The notes under the pieces: generated by a model
Databases searched by the model: none
What the model saw: only the letters and a program-made list of their open reading frames with translations
Told to the model about the DNA's origin: nothing
Translations under genes and position numbers: made by a program
Source of the DNA: Nitrososphaerota archaeon
GTDB lineage: Archaea > Thermoproteota > Nitrososphaeria_A > Caldarchaeales > JAVZCJ01
Direction: 5' to 3'
NCBI GenBank assembly: GCA_038874475.1
Contig: JAVZCJ010000003.1
Location: forward strand, 59,463 to 123,462
Length of the DNA stretch: 64,000 nt
Shown: piece after piece, positions 19,158-27,078 of the stretch
How positions within the stretch are numbered: the first letter of the stretch is position 1
How the letters are laid out: the number at the start of each line of letters is the position of its first letter

Positions 19158-19366
19158 ATGTAAGCATTATGAAGATATTGTAATGATAAAGATTTATATA
19201 TAAGTAAACTTATGCAGTATTTTAAAATATTTCAATAAATAATAAATTTTAAATGAAAATACAATATGAAAATATATCAAAGTATGAGTTAAGAAAATGA
19301 ATTTTTATCATGAAAAAATTTAAGAGTTAAATAGTAGTTTTTTATTATCTTGTTAGATATAATTAA

Positions 19367-20059
19367 ATGGTAGGAAAATTGATTTCAAATTATCCGATTA
19401 TTTTAGCTGATTATAGAGAAGAGAGGAGTGGAATAGATCAATTATTAAAAAAGCAAAACGTGATGGTAAAATTTCAACAACTTGCTGTAGGAGACTACAT
19501 AATTTCAGGAGAATATGTAATAGAAAGAAAGACCATTAAAGATTTTGTACAATCTACATTTGATGGGAGATTATTTGATCAAGCTAAAAGATTAACATCT
19601 GTATCAAGATTCCCAACTTTTATTATAGAAAATCCATTTTCAACAATTTTAAATGAAGTAAAAAATATAAATTCTATTTTTGGAGCATTAATAGCTTTAT
19701 CTTATTCTTATAGAATACATATATTTTATTCAGAAAATATAGAACAAACAGCAACAATATTAGCTGTAATAGCTAAGCATGGAAAATATGAATATCCATT
19801 AGAACCATCTTTTAAAATAAGAAAAAAAGCTGAAACACTTAAAGAAAAACAAGAATTAATTGTTTCTTCAATTCCTGGAATAGGACCTAAAACTGCTAAA
19901 AGACTATTAGAAAATTTTGGAAGTATAAAAGCAATTTTTACAGCTTCTCCAGCTCAACTTTCAAAAATAAATGGTTTAAGTATAGGAAAAGCAATAAAAA
20001 TATATCGTTTAATAAATGCTGAATATCCTTATTCAAAAAAGAAAATCAAGGAAATGTAA
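19367..20059 (+). CDS. xpf: XPF/ERCC4-type structure-specific endonuclease, short form with C-terminal (HhH)2
   Basis: The ERCC4 signature is GDYIISGEYVIERKTIKDFVQSTFDGRLFDQ. The C-terminal IPGIGPKTAKRLLENFGSIKAIFTAS...LSKINGLSIGKA is a tandem HhH. There is no helicase domain. Confidence 0.85.
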   Translation: MVGKLISNYPIILADYREERSGIDQLLKKQNVMVKFQQLAVGDYIISGEYVIERKTIKDFVQSTFDGRLFDQAKRLTSVSRFPTFIIENPFSTILNEVKNINSIFGALIALSYSYRIHIFYSENIEQTATILAVIAKHGKYEYPLEPSFKIRKKAETLKEKQELIVSSIPGIGPKTAKRLLENFGSIKAIFTASPAQLSKINGLSIGKAIKIYRLINAEYPYSKKKIKEM

Positions 20060-20143
20060 AAAATTCATTAAATAAAAAATTGCTTTTACCAAAATATTGA
20101 TAGAAAAAAATATATTTATTCATTTTTTAAATAATATAAAAAT

Positions 20144-20746
20144 GTGAGACCAGAATTTAATGAAGTGGTAGAAGAAATCTTATCTCAAATAAAAGATTCA
20201 TTAAGTAAAATAGATAAAGAGCAAATAGAAAAATTTATTGATATGTTAGTTAATGCTAGAGGAAGGAAAATACTTATTAGTGGAGCTGGCAGAACTGGTC
20301 TTGTTGCAAGAGCTTTTGCAATGCGTTTAATGCATTTAGGATATCTTGTATACGTTGTTGGGGAAACAATTACTCCATCTCTTGAAAAAGATGATATATT
20401 AATAGCTATTTCAGGATCAGGAACTACAACTCTAGTAGTTGAGGCAGCTAAAGCAGCAAAAATAATTGGCTCTAAAGTTATTGCAATTACATCTTTTCCA
20501 GAATCACCTTTAGTTCAATTAGCAGATCATACAATTATTCTTCCAGGAAGAACAAAAACTTCATCTAAAACAGATTATTTCTCAAGGCAAATTTTAGGAT
20601 TCCATGAACCTCTTTTGCCACTAGGAACATTGTTTGAAACAAATTGTTTAATATTTTTGGATATTATTATAGTTGAACTTATGAAAGAATTAAATATAAC
20701 AGAAGAAGAAATAAAGAAAAGACATGCAAATATAGAAGGTTTATAA
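20144..20746 (+). CDS. hxlB: 6-phospho-3-hexuloisomerase (SIS domain)
   Basis: GAGRTGLVARAFAMRLMHLGYLVYVVGETITPSLEKDDILIAISGSGTT closely matches PHI proteins. GTG start. Confidence 0.75.
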   Translation: MRPEFNEVVEEILSQIKDSLSKIDKEQIEKFIDMLVNARGRKILISGAGRTGLVARAFAMRLMHLGYLVYVVGETITPSLEKDDILIAISGSGTTTLVVEAAKAAKIIGSKVIAITSFPESPLVQLADHTIILPGRTKTSSKTDYFSRQILGFHEPLLPLGTLFETNCLIFLDIIIVELMKELNITEEEIKKRHANIEGL

Positions 20747-20809
20747 ATACTTAAATGGTATTCATTTAATTTAAAAAGCTTATATATTGCTTATATATTT
20801 AAATTAAAT

Positions 20810-21163
20810 ATGAGAATAATAATACCAATATTAGAAAATAAAGGAATAGATTCAAAAGTATCTTCACATTTTGGTAGAGCTCCTTTTTTCGCTTTATATA
20901 ATTCTGAAAAGAATGAGTTAGAAATAATTGAAAATAAGAGTGAACATTTTGGTGGCATAGGTAGACCAACAGATATTTTATTAAAATACAAACCAGATGT
21001 TATATTTGCGATTGGAATAGGACCTAGAGCAGTTGAGTTATTGAAATCAAATAATATAAGAATAGAAACAGGAGATTTTCAAACTGTTAGAGAAATTATT
21101 GAAAATAAAGACAGATTAAAAAAATTAGAAGAAGTTTGTAAACATAGTAGAAGACAAATTTAA
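20810..21163 (+). CDS. NifX/NifB-C-terminal-like (dinitrogenase FeMo-cofactor-binding fold) protein
   Basis: 117 aa. SSHFGRAPFFALYN...DVIFAIGIGPRAVELL has the pattern of the Nitro_FeMo-Co domain family. Confidence 0.7.
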   Translation: MRIIIPILENKGIDSKVSSHFGRAPFFALYNSEKNELEIIENKSEHFGGIGRPTDILLKYKPDVIFAIGIGPRAVELLKSNNIRIETGDFQTVREIIENKDRLKKLEEVCKHSRRQI

Positions 21164-21196
21164 TATAGAGGCGAAAGCTTTTTCCTATTCTATAAG

Positions 21197-21880
21197 ATGC
21201 CTGAAGTTATTTTAAAAGTAAAAAATTTAAATGTAGAATTAAATGGAGAAAAAATTTTAGAAAATTTATCTTTTGAAGTAAAAGAAGGAGAAGTTTTAAC
21301 AATCTTAGGACCAAATGGAGCAGGAAAAACAGTATTACTTAAAACCTTATTAAAACTCTTTCCTTATAAAGGAGAAATTGAATGGAAATCAGGAATTAAA
21401 ATTGGCTATGTTCCTCAAAGATTACCTTTTATAAAAGATATCCCAATGAGCGTTAAAGAATTTTTTAAATTGAAAAATGCTTCTGAAAATGAAGCTAAAA
21501 ATATTTTAAATTTAATAGGTTTAGAAGAAAAAATATTAGAAAAGAAAATTGGAGACTTATCTTCAGGTCAATTTCAAAGAATTTTAGTTGGTTGGGCATT
21601 AGTTTTAAGTCCTCAAGTTTTGCTTTTTGACGAACCAATGGCTGGTATTGATATTGGTGGACAAGAATCAATATATAATCTTTTAGAAAAATTAAGAAAA
21701 GAAAAAAATTTAACAATTTTATTAGTTACTCATGATTTAAGCCTTGTTTATACTTTTGCTAATAATTGTCTTTGTTTAAATAAAAAAATATTATGTTATG
21801 GTGCTCCTAAGAAATTAACTCCTGAACTTCTTTCTCAACTTTATGGTGGAGAAATAAAAATTTATCAACACTTCCATTAA
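21197..21880 (+). CDS. znuC: metal (Zn/Mn-type) ABC transporter ATPase
   Basis: GPNGAGKTV, LSSGQFQRI, LLFDEPMAGID. ZnuC-like length (227 aa). Confidence 0.8.
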   Translation: MPEVILKVKNLNVELNGEKILENLSFEVKEGEVLTILGPNGAGKTVLLKTLLKLFPYKGEIEWKSGIKIGYVPQRLPFIKDIPMSVKEFFKLKNASENEAKNILNLIGLEEKILEKKIGDLSSGQFQRILVGWALVLSPQVLLFDEPMAGIDIGGQESIYNLLEKLRKEKNLTILLVTHDLSLVYTFANNCLCLNKKILCYGAPKKLTPELLSQLYGGEIKIYQHFH

Positions 21881-21892
21881 ACCAAAAGAGGA

Positions 21893-22663
21893 ATGAATAT
21901 GGAAACCCAATTTTTCTTAAGTTTAATTTGTGGAATATTCATTGGAGGAGTAGCAGGATATTTAGGTTCTTTAATGCTTTCAAAAAGAATGGCTTTAGTT
22001 GCTGGCCCTCTTGGTCATTTAACTTTACCAGGAATTGCTTTAGCTTTAATTTATGGCTTTGATATATCTTTAGGAGCTTTTCCTTTTGTTATTTTAGGAA
22101 TATTCTTAATATGGATTTTTGAAATAAAAACAAAACTGCCAATGGAAGCTTTAACTGCAATTGTTTTTGCATCTGGAGTTTCAACTGCTTTTTTATTTTT
22201 ACCAATCGAACAAGCAGAAGAAGCTTTAATTGGTGATATTTCTAAAGTAAGTTTTGAAGATACAATTATTTTAGTTTTATCTTGTCTTTTTATCTTTTTA
22301 ATAATTAAAAAAATTTATTCAAAAATGATTTTGATTAATATTTCTGAAGATTTAGCTAAAGTTCAAGGAATAGATATTAAAAAATACAATTTCGTTTATC
22401 TTTTTTTAATAGCTATTATAGTTGCTTTAGGAGTAAAACTTGTTGGTGGACTTTTAACCGCTGCTTTAGTAGCTATACCAGCTTGCACAGCTAGAAATTT
22501 AAGTAAAAACCTTTCTCAATATCGTTTTAATGCTTTGTTCTTTGGTTCAATAAGTTGCTTTTTTGGAATTTTGTTTTTTGAAATAACAAAATTTCCAGCC
22601 GGTCCATTAATTATTTTAATATCAACTTTCTTTTTCTTAATTTCTTTAATTTTTAAAATATAA
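21893..22663 (+). CDS. znuB: metal ABC transporter permease (ABC-3 family)
   Basis: 256-aa multi-pass protein directly downstream of the ATPase, with a ZnuB/MntB-like helix pattern. Confidence 0.78.
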   Translation: MNMETQFFLSLICGIFIGGVAGYLGSLMLSKRMALVAGPLGHLTLPGIALALIYGFDISLGAFPFVILGIFLIWIFEIKTKLPMEALTAIVFASGVSTAFLFLPIEQAEEALIGDISKVSFEDTIILVLSCLFIFLIIKKIYSKMILINISEDLAKVQGIDIKKYNFVYLFLIAIIVALGVKLVGGLLTAALVAIPACTARNLSKNLSQYRFNALFFGSISCFFGILFFEITKFPAGPLIILISTFFFLISLIFKI

Positions 22664-22870
22664 TATAAAGCATCGCAAATCTCTCTTATTTTAACATAAT
22701 TTTCTTTTAAGCTTAATGAATATTTATTTATTAAGGATAGTACCTGATAAATAAAATATTTAAAGTCTGTAATTTTCTTTTTTTATTAGGATAAAGCAAA
22801 CTTAATCTCTATTTATTTTAAATATGAACTCACCTCCAAACTATTTAAATCTTTGTAGAGATTTTTTCTT

Positions 22871-23034
22871 ATGGAGTTCCATGAGATTTCTGATGAAGAG
22901 TGGTCTTTAATTGAACTTTTTTTACTCCAAAAGCTAAGGTTGGCAGGCCTAGAGCTAATGATAGACTTATCATTAATGGAATCCTTTATGTCTTGACTAC
23001 TAGATGGATATGGAATATTAAAGAAAATCAATAA
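22871..23034 (+). pseudogene. IS5-family (DUF4096-type N-terminus) transposase fragment, frameshifted
   Basis: MEFHEISDEEWSLIELF is followed, in another frame after a T7 run (22917-22923), by PKAKVGRPRANDRLIINGILYVLTTRWIW. This reproduces the conserved L(T/S)DE(Q/E)W..IEPLLP....GRPR.DDR...NGILYVLRTG N-terminus. There is a stop at 23032-23034 and no DDE domain follows. Confidence 0.55.
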
Positions 23035-23042
23035 AACTAATA

Positions 23043-23661
23043 AAAGCAAGATTTTTACAAGGAATTAAAAGCCATCAATTTCAAGAAATTGTAAAACAAA
23101 AATTACAAGAAATTCATGGAAATTCAGTAAAGCAATGAACTTTTTCAAAGAATAAATGCGAGAATAAGAAGACAAAACAAAGATTGGATAGAGAAAACTT
23201 CAAAGAAGCTTATTGATATTGCATTAGAAAGTATTGAAAAATACAATTGTAATGTTGCGATAGTTTCTTTTGAAGATCTTAAAGAATATAAAGCTGGAAA
23301 TAATAGCAAGAAAACAAACAAGAAAAATGCTGAATGGTTAAGGAAAATAATTCAAAGAACATTTGAAAAATCTTTGTGGAATTATCCTACAAAGGTATTA
23401 ACTTATTTGCCAACATTCAATAAAAATCAAAGAAATATAAAACAAATCTTAGTTAATGCTGACTATACTTCAAGAATATACAGTAAATGTGGAAATGAAG
23501 GAAAATTAATAAAATATATAGCAAAAGGAAAAATAAAGAGATACTTTAAATGCAATAATTGTGGATATAAAGACGATAAACATTTCAATGCTTCAAGCAA
23601 TATTGCAAAAAGAGCAATTGAATATCTTAAAAAGGTTGCTTTTCCCGAACCCATGTGCTAA
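23043..23661 (+). pseudogene. tnpB: IS200/IS605-type tnpB remnant (C-terminal RuvC/zinc-ribbon half only, frameshifted)
   Basis: The two frames read ...KQKLQEIHGNSVKQ* then NELFQRINARIRRQNKDWIEKTSKKLIDIALESIEKYNCNVAIVSFEDL...NADYTSRIYSKCGNEG...FKCNNCGYKDDKHFNASSNIAKRA. The RuvC-II E, the YTS motif, the CxxC..CxxC ribbon and the NA..NIA motif are recognisable. The N-terminal ~200 aa (including the RuvC-I Asp) are missing. Confidence 0.7.
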
Positions 23662-23671
23662 GGGAAAGGCA

Positions 23672-23910
23672 GCCAGAACCAAGCTTCCTATTTAATAGGA
23701 AAACAGCATTCTGCTAAGGAAAGGAAGGCCTCCCCCTGAAGCAGAAGCCTCGAGCTAATTTTCAACAAATTAGCAATGAAAGGGGTTAAACAGTTTAAAA
23801 CTGCTCTGCTGTTGTCTCCCAAGGGGAGGAGAAGCCATCTATGTTCTTTCAACAAGAGTATAGGTGGCTTCCAGAGAGGAGAGGCTAAACTATGGTAGGA
23901 AGATTCTGGC
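23672..23910 (+). ncRNA. GC-rich, highly structured RNA candidate immediately 3' of the tnpB remnant (omega-RNA/reRNA-like position)
   Basis: A closing helix joins 23672-23678 to 23904-23910 and 23684-23688 to 23898-23902. There is an 8-bp hairpin at 23754-23774 and an 18-bp hairpin at 23831-23871. Both hairpin loops are UCAAC. The G-U pairs are only valid on the + strand. G+C is far above the surrounding spacer. Confidence 0.55.
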
Positions 23911-23982
23911 AATAAACTTAAATTACTGCAATTTTTGAAATTTTTAAAAGAAAACACTATAAACTGAGAATTTAATTTTTAA

Positions 23983-24399
23983 TTAGAGTTTTCTAGGATC
24001 TATTCTTATTAATCCCGGTATAGTATCATATACATCATCTGTTGAGATTATTTTATGATCTTCAACTTGATTTAAAGCGGTAGCAGCATAATATGCATCA
24101 AATATTGATTTTAAATTGTATTGTCTCATTAATGTTAAAGCTAAAAGGTCTATTTCATATGTTGTTTCTAAGAATTTCAAATTTTCTATAGCTGTTATCG
24201 ATGCAGCTCTAGCAATGTACTCATCTAAGCTAACTCCCTCTTCCTTTGAAATATAATAAAGTTCATGTAAACACTCTCTTGAGGTATAAACTATTCCAAA
24301 TTCTCCTACAACAATTCTTTTTATAATATTCTCAGCAGTAGCTTTTAACCAATCTTCTTTTTTAATAAATGCATATAGTATATCTGTTTCAATCATCAA
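23983..24399 (-). CDS. vapC: PIN-domain ribonuclease toxin VapC
   Basis: 138 aa with acidic PIN residues (IETDIL, ..HELYY.., IFDAYYAATAL, ISTDD). It overlaps the upstream antitoxin gene by 11 nt. Confidence 0.85.
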   Translation of the reverse strand: MMIETDILYAFIKKEDWLKATAENIIKRIVVGEFGIVYTSRECLHELYYISKEEGVSLDEYIARAASITAIENLKFLETTYEIDLLALTLMRQYNLKSIFDAYYAATALNQVEDHKIISTDDVYDTIPGLIRIDPRKL

Positions 24400-24643
24400 T
24401 TTGTTTTCTTCTCCTTGCTCTTTTTATAGCATCTTCTGATGCTAATTTCTCAGCTAATTCCTTTAACTCTTTTCTTTCATGTTTTGATGAAAGCCAAGAA
24501 CTTGCATATTCATGCGGCTTTACCGGTAATGGAATTGTAATGAAGAATGTTCCAGCTGGTATGATTACTGCTTTTCCTCCTCCAACACTTATTTCTTTTG
24601 GAATAGTTATTCTTCTTCTCTCATCGATCTTAACTATAGCCAT
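24389..24643 (-). CDS. vapB: AbrB/SpoVT-type antitoxin VapB
   Basis: MAIVKIDERRRITIPKEI is a swapped-hairpin AbrB-type N-terminus. 84 aa, directly upstream of vapC. Confidence 0.8.
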   Translation of the reverse strand: MAIVKIDERRRITIPKEISVGGGKAVIIPAGTFFITIPLPVKPHEYASSWLSSKHERKELKELAEKLASEDAIKRARRRKQIDD

Positions 24644-24783
24644 ATTATTCCCCTAATTTATAATATTACCCATAAATATAAATTTTACCCATATTTTTAC
24701 TTAATTCCCCTTTTTTTAAAAAACAATTTTAAAAATTAAAAAAGAAAAAAATATTTTATAAAGATGAGAGATAAATTCTTCAT

Positions 24784-25581
24784 ATGAAAATTGGCTATAT
24801 TCAATTCAAACCAATTTTTGGAGAAAAAGAAAAAAATTTAGAAAAAATAGAAAAATTTGTAAAAATAGGAAGCAAAAAAGAAGCTGATTTACTTGTATTA
24901 CCCGAACTTTCAACAACAGGTTATGCATTTAAAAATAAAAATGAGGCAAAGAAATTAGCTGATGAAGAAACAAATGGAATATCTTTTAAGAAACTTACAA
25001 TGATTTCAAGAAAATATAATGTAGCATTAGTAGCAGGTTTTTGTGAAAAAAATAAAGATAAATTATTCAATTCAGCATTAATAGTAAATACAAATGGAGA
25101 ATATTTCATATATAGAAAAATTCATTTATTTTATAAAGAGAAGAAAATTTTTAATCCAGGAAATAAAGAATTTGAAGTATATAAATTGCTTAATAGTAAA
25201 ATTGGAGTTATGATATGTTTTGATTGGATATTTCCTGAGTCTATTAGAGTTTTAACATTAAAAGGTGCTGAAATAATATGCCACCCCTCAAATCTTGTTT
25301 TACCATATTGCCAAACAGCTATGCTTGGAGCTGCTATACAGAACAAAGTGTATATAGTAACAGCAAATAGGATTGGAAAAGAAAGAGAATACAAATTCAC
25401 TGGAAGAAGCCAAATAGTCGATCCAATGATGAAAATATTAGCAAAAAGTAAAGAAAATATTGAGGAAGTTAAAGTTGTTGAAATAGATATTAAAAAAGCT
25501 AGAAATAAAAAATTGAATAAATATAATGATATTATTAAAGATAGAAAACCAAAATTTTATAAAAGAATAATTAATCCTTAA
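24784..25581 (+). CDS. carbon-nitrogen hydrolase (nitrilase superfamily)
   Basis: Glu-Lys-Cys triad contexts LVLPELSTTGY, YRKIHLF and GVMICFD. Confidence 0.88.
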   Translation: MKIGYIQFKPIFGEKEKNLEKIEKFVKIGSKKEADLLVLPELSTTGYAFKNKNEAKKLADEETNGISFKKLTMISRKYNVALVAGFCEKNKDKLFNSALIVNTNGEYFIYRKIHLFYKEKKIFNPGNKEFEVYKLLNSKIGVMICFDWIFPESIRVLTLKGAEIICHPSNLVLPYCQTAMLGAAIQNKVYIVTANRIGKEREYKFTGRSQIVDPMMKILAKSKENIEEVKVVEIDIKKARNKKLNKYNDIIKDRKPKFYKRIINP

Positions 25582-25595
25582 TTTTTTTATCTTTT

Positions 25596-26129
25596 TTATA
25601 TTTTAATAGGTTGTAATATTTTTTCTAACTTACTAATATTAACATAAGGACAATCTTTCAAATCTTTTTTTCCAGAAAAAAGTTTTACACTAAAAGCATA
25701 GCAACTTTCTTCTCCACATTTTTTACAATTAGTCTTTGGCAATATTTTATAGATTTGTATAGGATTTGTTTGCTTTTTTAAATCAAGTAATTTTTCATCA
25801 GGCTTTCCATAATTTTTAAGATATGTTATTGCTCTATTTATCAAATTCTTTACTTCATTCATCAATTGTTCTGCTTCTTTATTATCTTTAACATATGTCA
25901 TGCTTATTTTTCCATTAGAGAAAATTGTTATTAAATGCATTCGATAAGTATATGTTAAGCATCCAAGTTTTTCAGAATAATTTGCATTAGGAATATAAAG
26001 ATAAAGGATTGGAAGTACATCTCCTAAATTTTTATCTGCTTGAGCAATAAATTTTATTCTCTTTGAGTCTGCTGTGCAAGCAGATATCTTCTTTATTTCA
26101 ATTTTTTCTACAAAACCTGAAAATATCAC
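25596..26129 (-). CDS. Fe-S-binding protein with C-terminal RnfB/AcsC-type Cys4 domain
   Basis: The C-terminus LPKTNCKKCGEESCYAFSVKLFSGKKDLKDCP fits the LPxxNCxxCGxxxCxxFAxxL..G.....CP pattern of the small Fe-S domain at the N-terminus of RnfB and CODH/ACS gamma. The N-terminal ~125 aa are unassigned. Confidence 0.55.
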   Translation of the reverse strand: MIFSGFVEKIEIKKISACTADSKRIKFIAQADKNLGDVLPILYLYIPNANYSEKLGCLTYTYRMHLITIFSNGKISMTYVKDNKEAEQLMNEVKNLINRAITYLKNYGKPDEKLLDLKKQTNPIQIYKILPKTNCKKCGEESCYAFSVKLFSGKKDLKDCPYVNISKLEKILQPIKI

Positions 26130-26177
26130 GCTCGATCTACATTGTATTATTTTTGTTAAATATATATTTTTCCATTA

Positions 26178-26342
26178 TTATCCACAACAACCACTACCAG
26201 AGCTACTAGAGCTAGTAACTAAACGATTTTTAGTATATAGTTCTTGCCAACAATTTTGACAAACTTTAATCATACCTAAATCTTTGTGATTAGCATATAG
26301 GAGAGTAAAACTTTCTTTTTTACAAATTTCACATTTTCCCAT
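26178..26342 (-). CDS. unannotated 54-aa zinc-ribbon protein with Ser-rich linker and C-terminal CCG
   Basis: My hand translation is MGKCEICKKESFTLLYANHKDLGMIKVCQNCWQELYTKNRLVTSSSSSGSGCCG, running from ATG 26342-26340 to TAA 26180-26178. It sits 14 nt downstream of the ferredoxin gene and 48 nt upstream of the next gene, on the same strand. It is below the 60-aa cutoff of the ORF track. Confidence 0.45.
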   Translation of the reverse strand: MGKCEICKKESFTLLYANHKDLGMIKVCQNCWQELYTKNRLVTSSSSSGSGCCG

Positions 26343-26356
26343 TTAAATCATCTTTT

Positions 26357-26644
26357 TCATATATAACCATACTTTTTATATAATGACCTAAGCATCTCAT
26401 TTAATTCTTTTCTCGACGGAAATATTATTGCTTCAGCTGGACAATTAAGAGCACATGCACTACATCCAACAACACAATTATATGGTTGAATAACAATAAC
26501 TTTTTTCTCCCCTTCTTCTGCATAAACACCATTTGGACAAAACCTTAAGCAAGTTTTACAATTAATGCATTTATTATAATCTATTTTAGGATACCATTTT
26601 ATTTCTTCTCTAGGTATTCCAAAAAATGTCATTTTAAATCCCAA
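26357..26644 (-). CDS. 2x[4Fe-4S] ferredoxin-domain protein
   Basis: Two cluster motifs: CINCKTCLRFCP and CVVGCSACALNCP. Confidence 0.8.
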   Translation of the reverse strand: MGFKMTFFGIPREEIKWYPKIDYNKCINCKTCLRFCPNGVYAEEGEKKVIVIQPYNCVVGCSACALNCPAEAIIFPSRKELNEMLRSLYKKYGYI

Positions 26645-26648
26645 AAAA

Positions 26649-27029
26649 CTATGTGGATTTTCCTATTTTTCCAATAACTTCAGCAACTTTTTCTATTGCT
26701 TCTTTTGTTGTCATATTTCTAAGGTCTAATGAAATTAATTGTTTATCTATATCTAAACCTTTTTCATTAAATGCGTCTTTAAACATCTTTTTTTGCATTC
26801 TGGGATCGCAAGCACCAATAATATAAATGATATTTTTATCTCCTTCCTTAAGATAGTCCTTGAAAAATCTTTCACCATCATCAACACAAAGCTGTGGATG
26901 AATAATAGCATATTCCACGTTAAGCTCATTTCTAACATAATTTATGAATTTCCATAATTCCAATTTTGCAAAACCAGGGCATTCACCTGTGCAAAAACAC
27001 ATTATAAATCTTGGTTTTTCATTCATCAA
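26649..27029 (-). CDS. small Cys-containing redox protein resembling the N-terminal Fe-S domain of HdrA (tentative)
   Basis: FIMCFCTGECPGF...HPQLC...IIGACDPRMQKKMFKDAFNEKGLD...LDLRN parallels the HdrA N-terminal pattern (V.C.CG.N......C....VVA.CSPR.HE.TFR......G.NPY....NIR) as I recall it. Confidence 0.45.
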   Translation of the reverse strand: MMNEKPRFIMCFCTGECPGFAKLELWKFINYVRNELNVEYAIIHPQLCVDDGERFFKDYLKEGDKNIIYIIGACDPRMQKKMFKDAFNEKGLDIDKQLISLDLRNMTTKEAIEKVAEVIGKIGKST

Positions 27030-27078
27030 TATCGCCTCTATAAATTTTAAATATTTTATTTAACTAATATATAAAGTT

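Noticed and set aside
23672-23910. Assignment of the structured RNA to SRP (7S) RNA or RNase P RNA
   Set aside because: I could not find GNAR tetraloops or the helix-8 GGAA/AGCA arrangement of SRP RNA. I also could not find the GAGGAAAGUCC / ACAGAA P4 elements of RNase P RNA. GGGAAAGGC at 23662 is only a weak resemblance. This needs a covariance-model search to exclude it formally.
23688-23957. 89-aa minus-strand ORF from the track
   Set aside because: It lies entirely inside the GC-rich structured-RNA region. Its translation is Leu/Ser/Pro low-complexity, and the G-U pairing pattern indicates + strand function. It is most likely an artefact of the local GC-rich composition.
26074-26259. 61-aa + strand ORF
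   Set aside because: It overlaps the start of the minus-strand Fe-S protein gene and the better-supported small minus-strand zinc-ribbon ORF. Its sequence is low-complexity.
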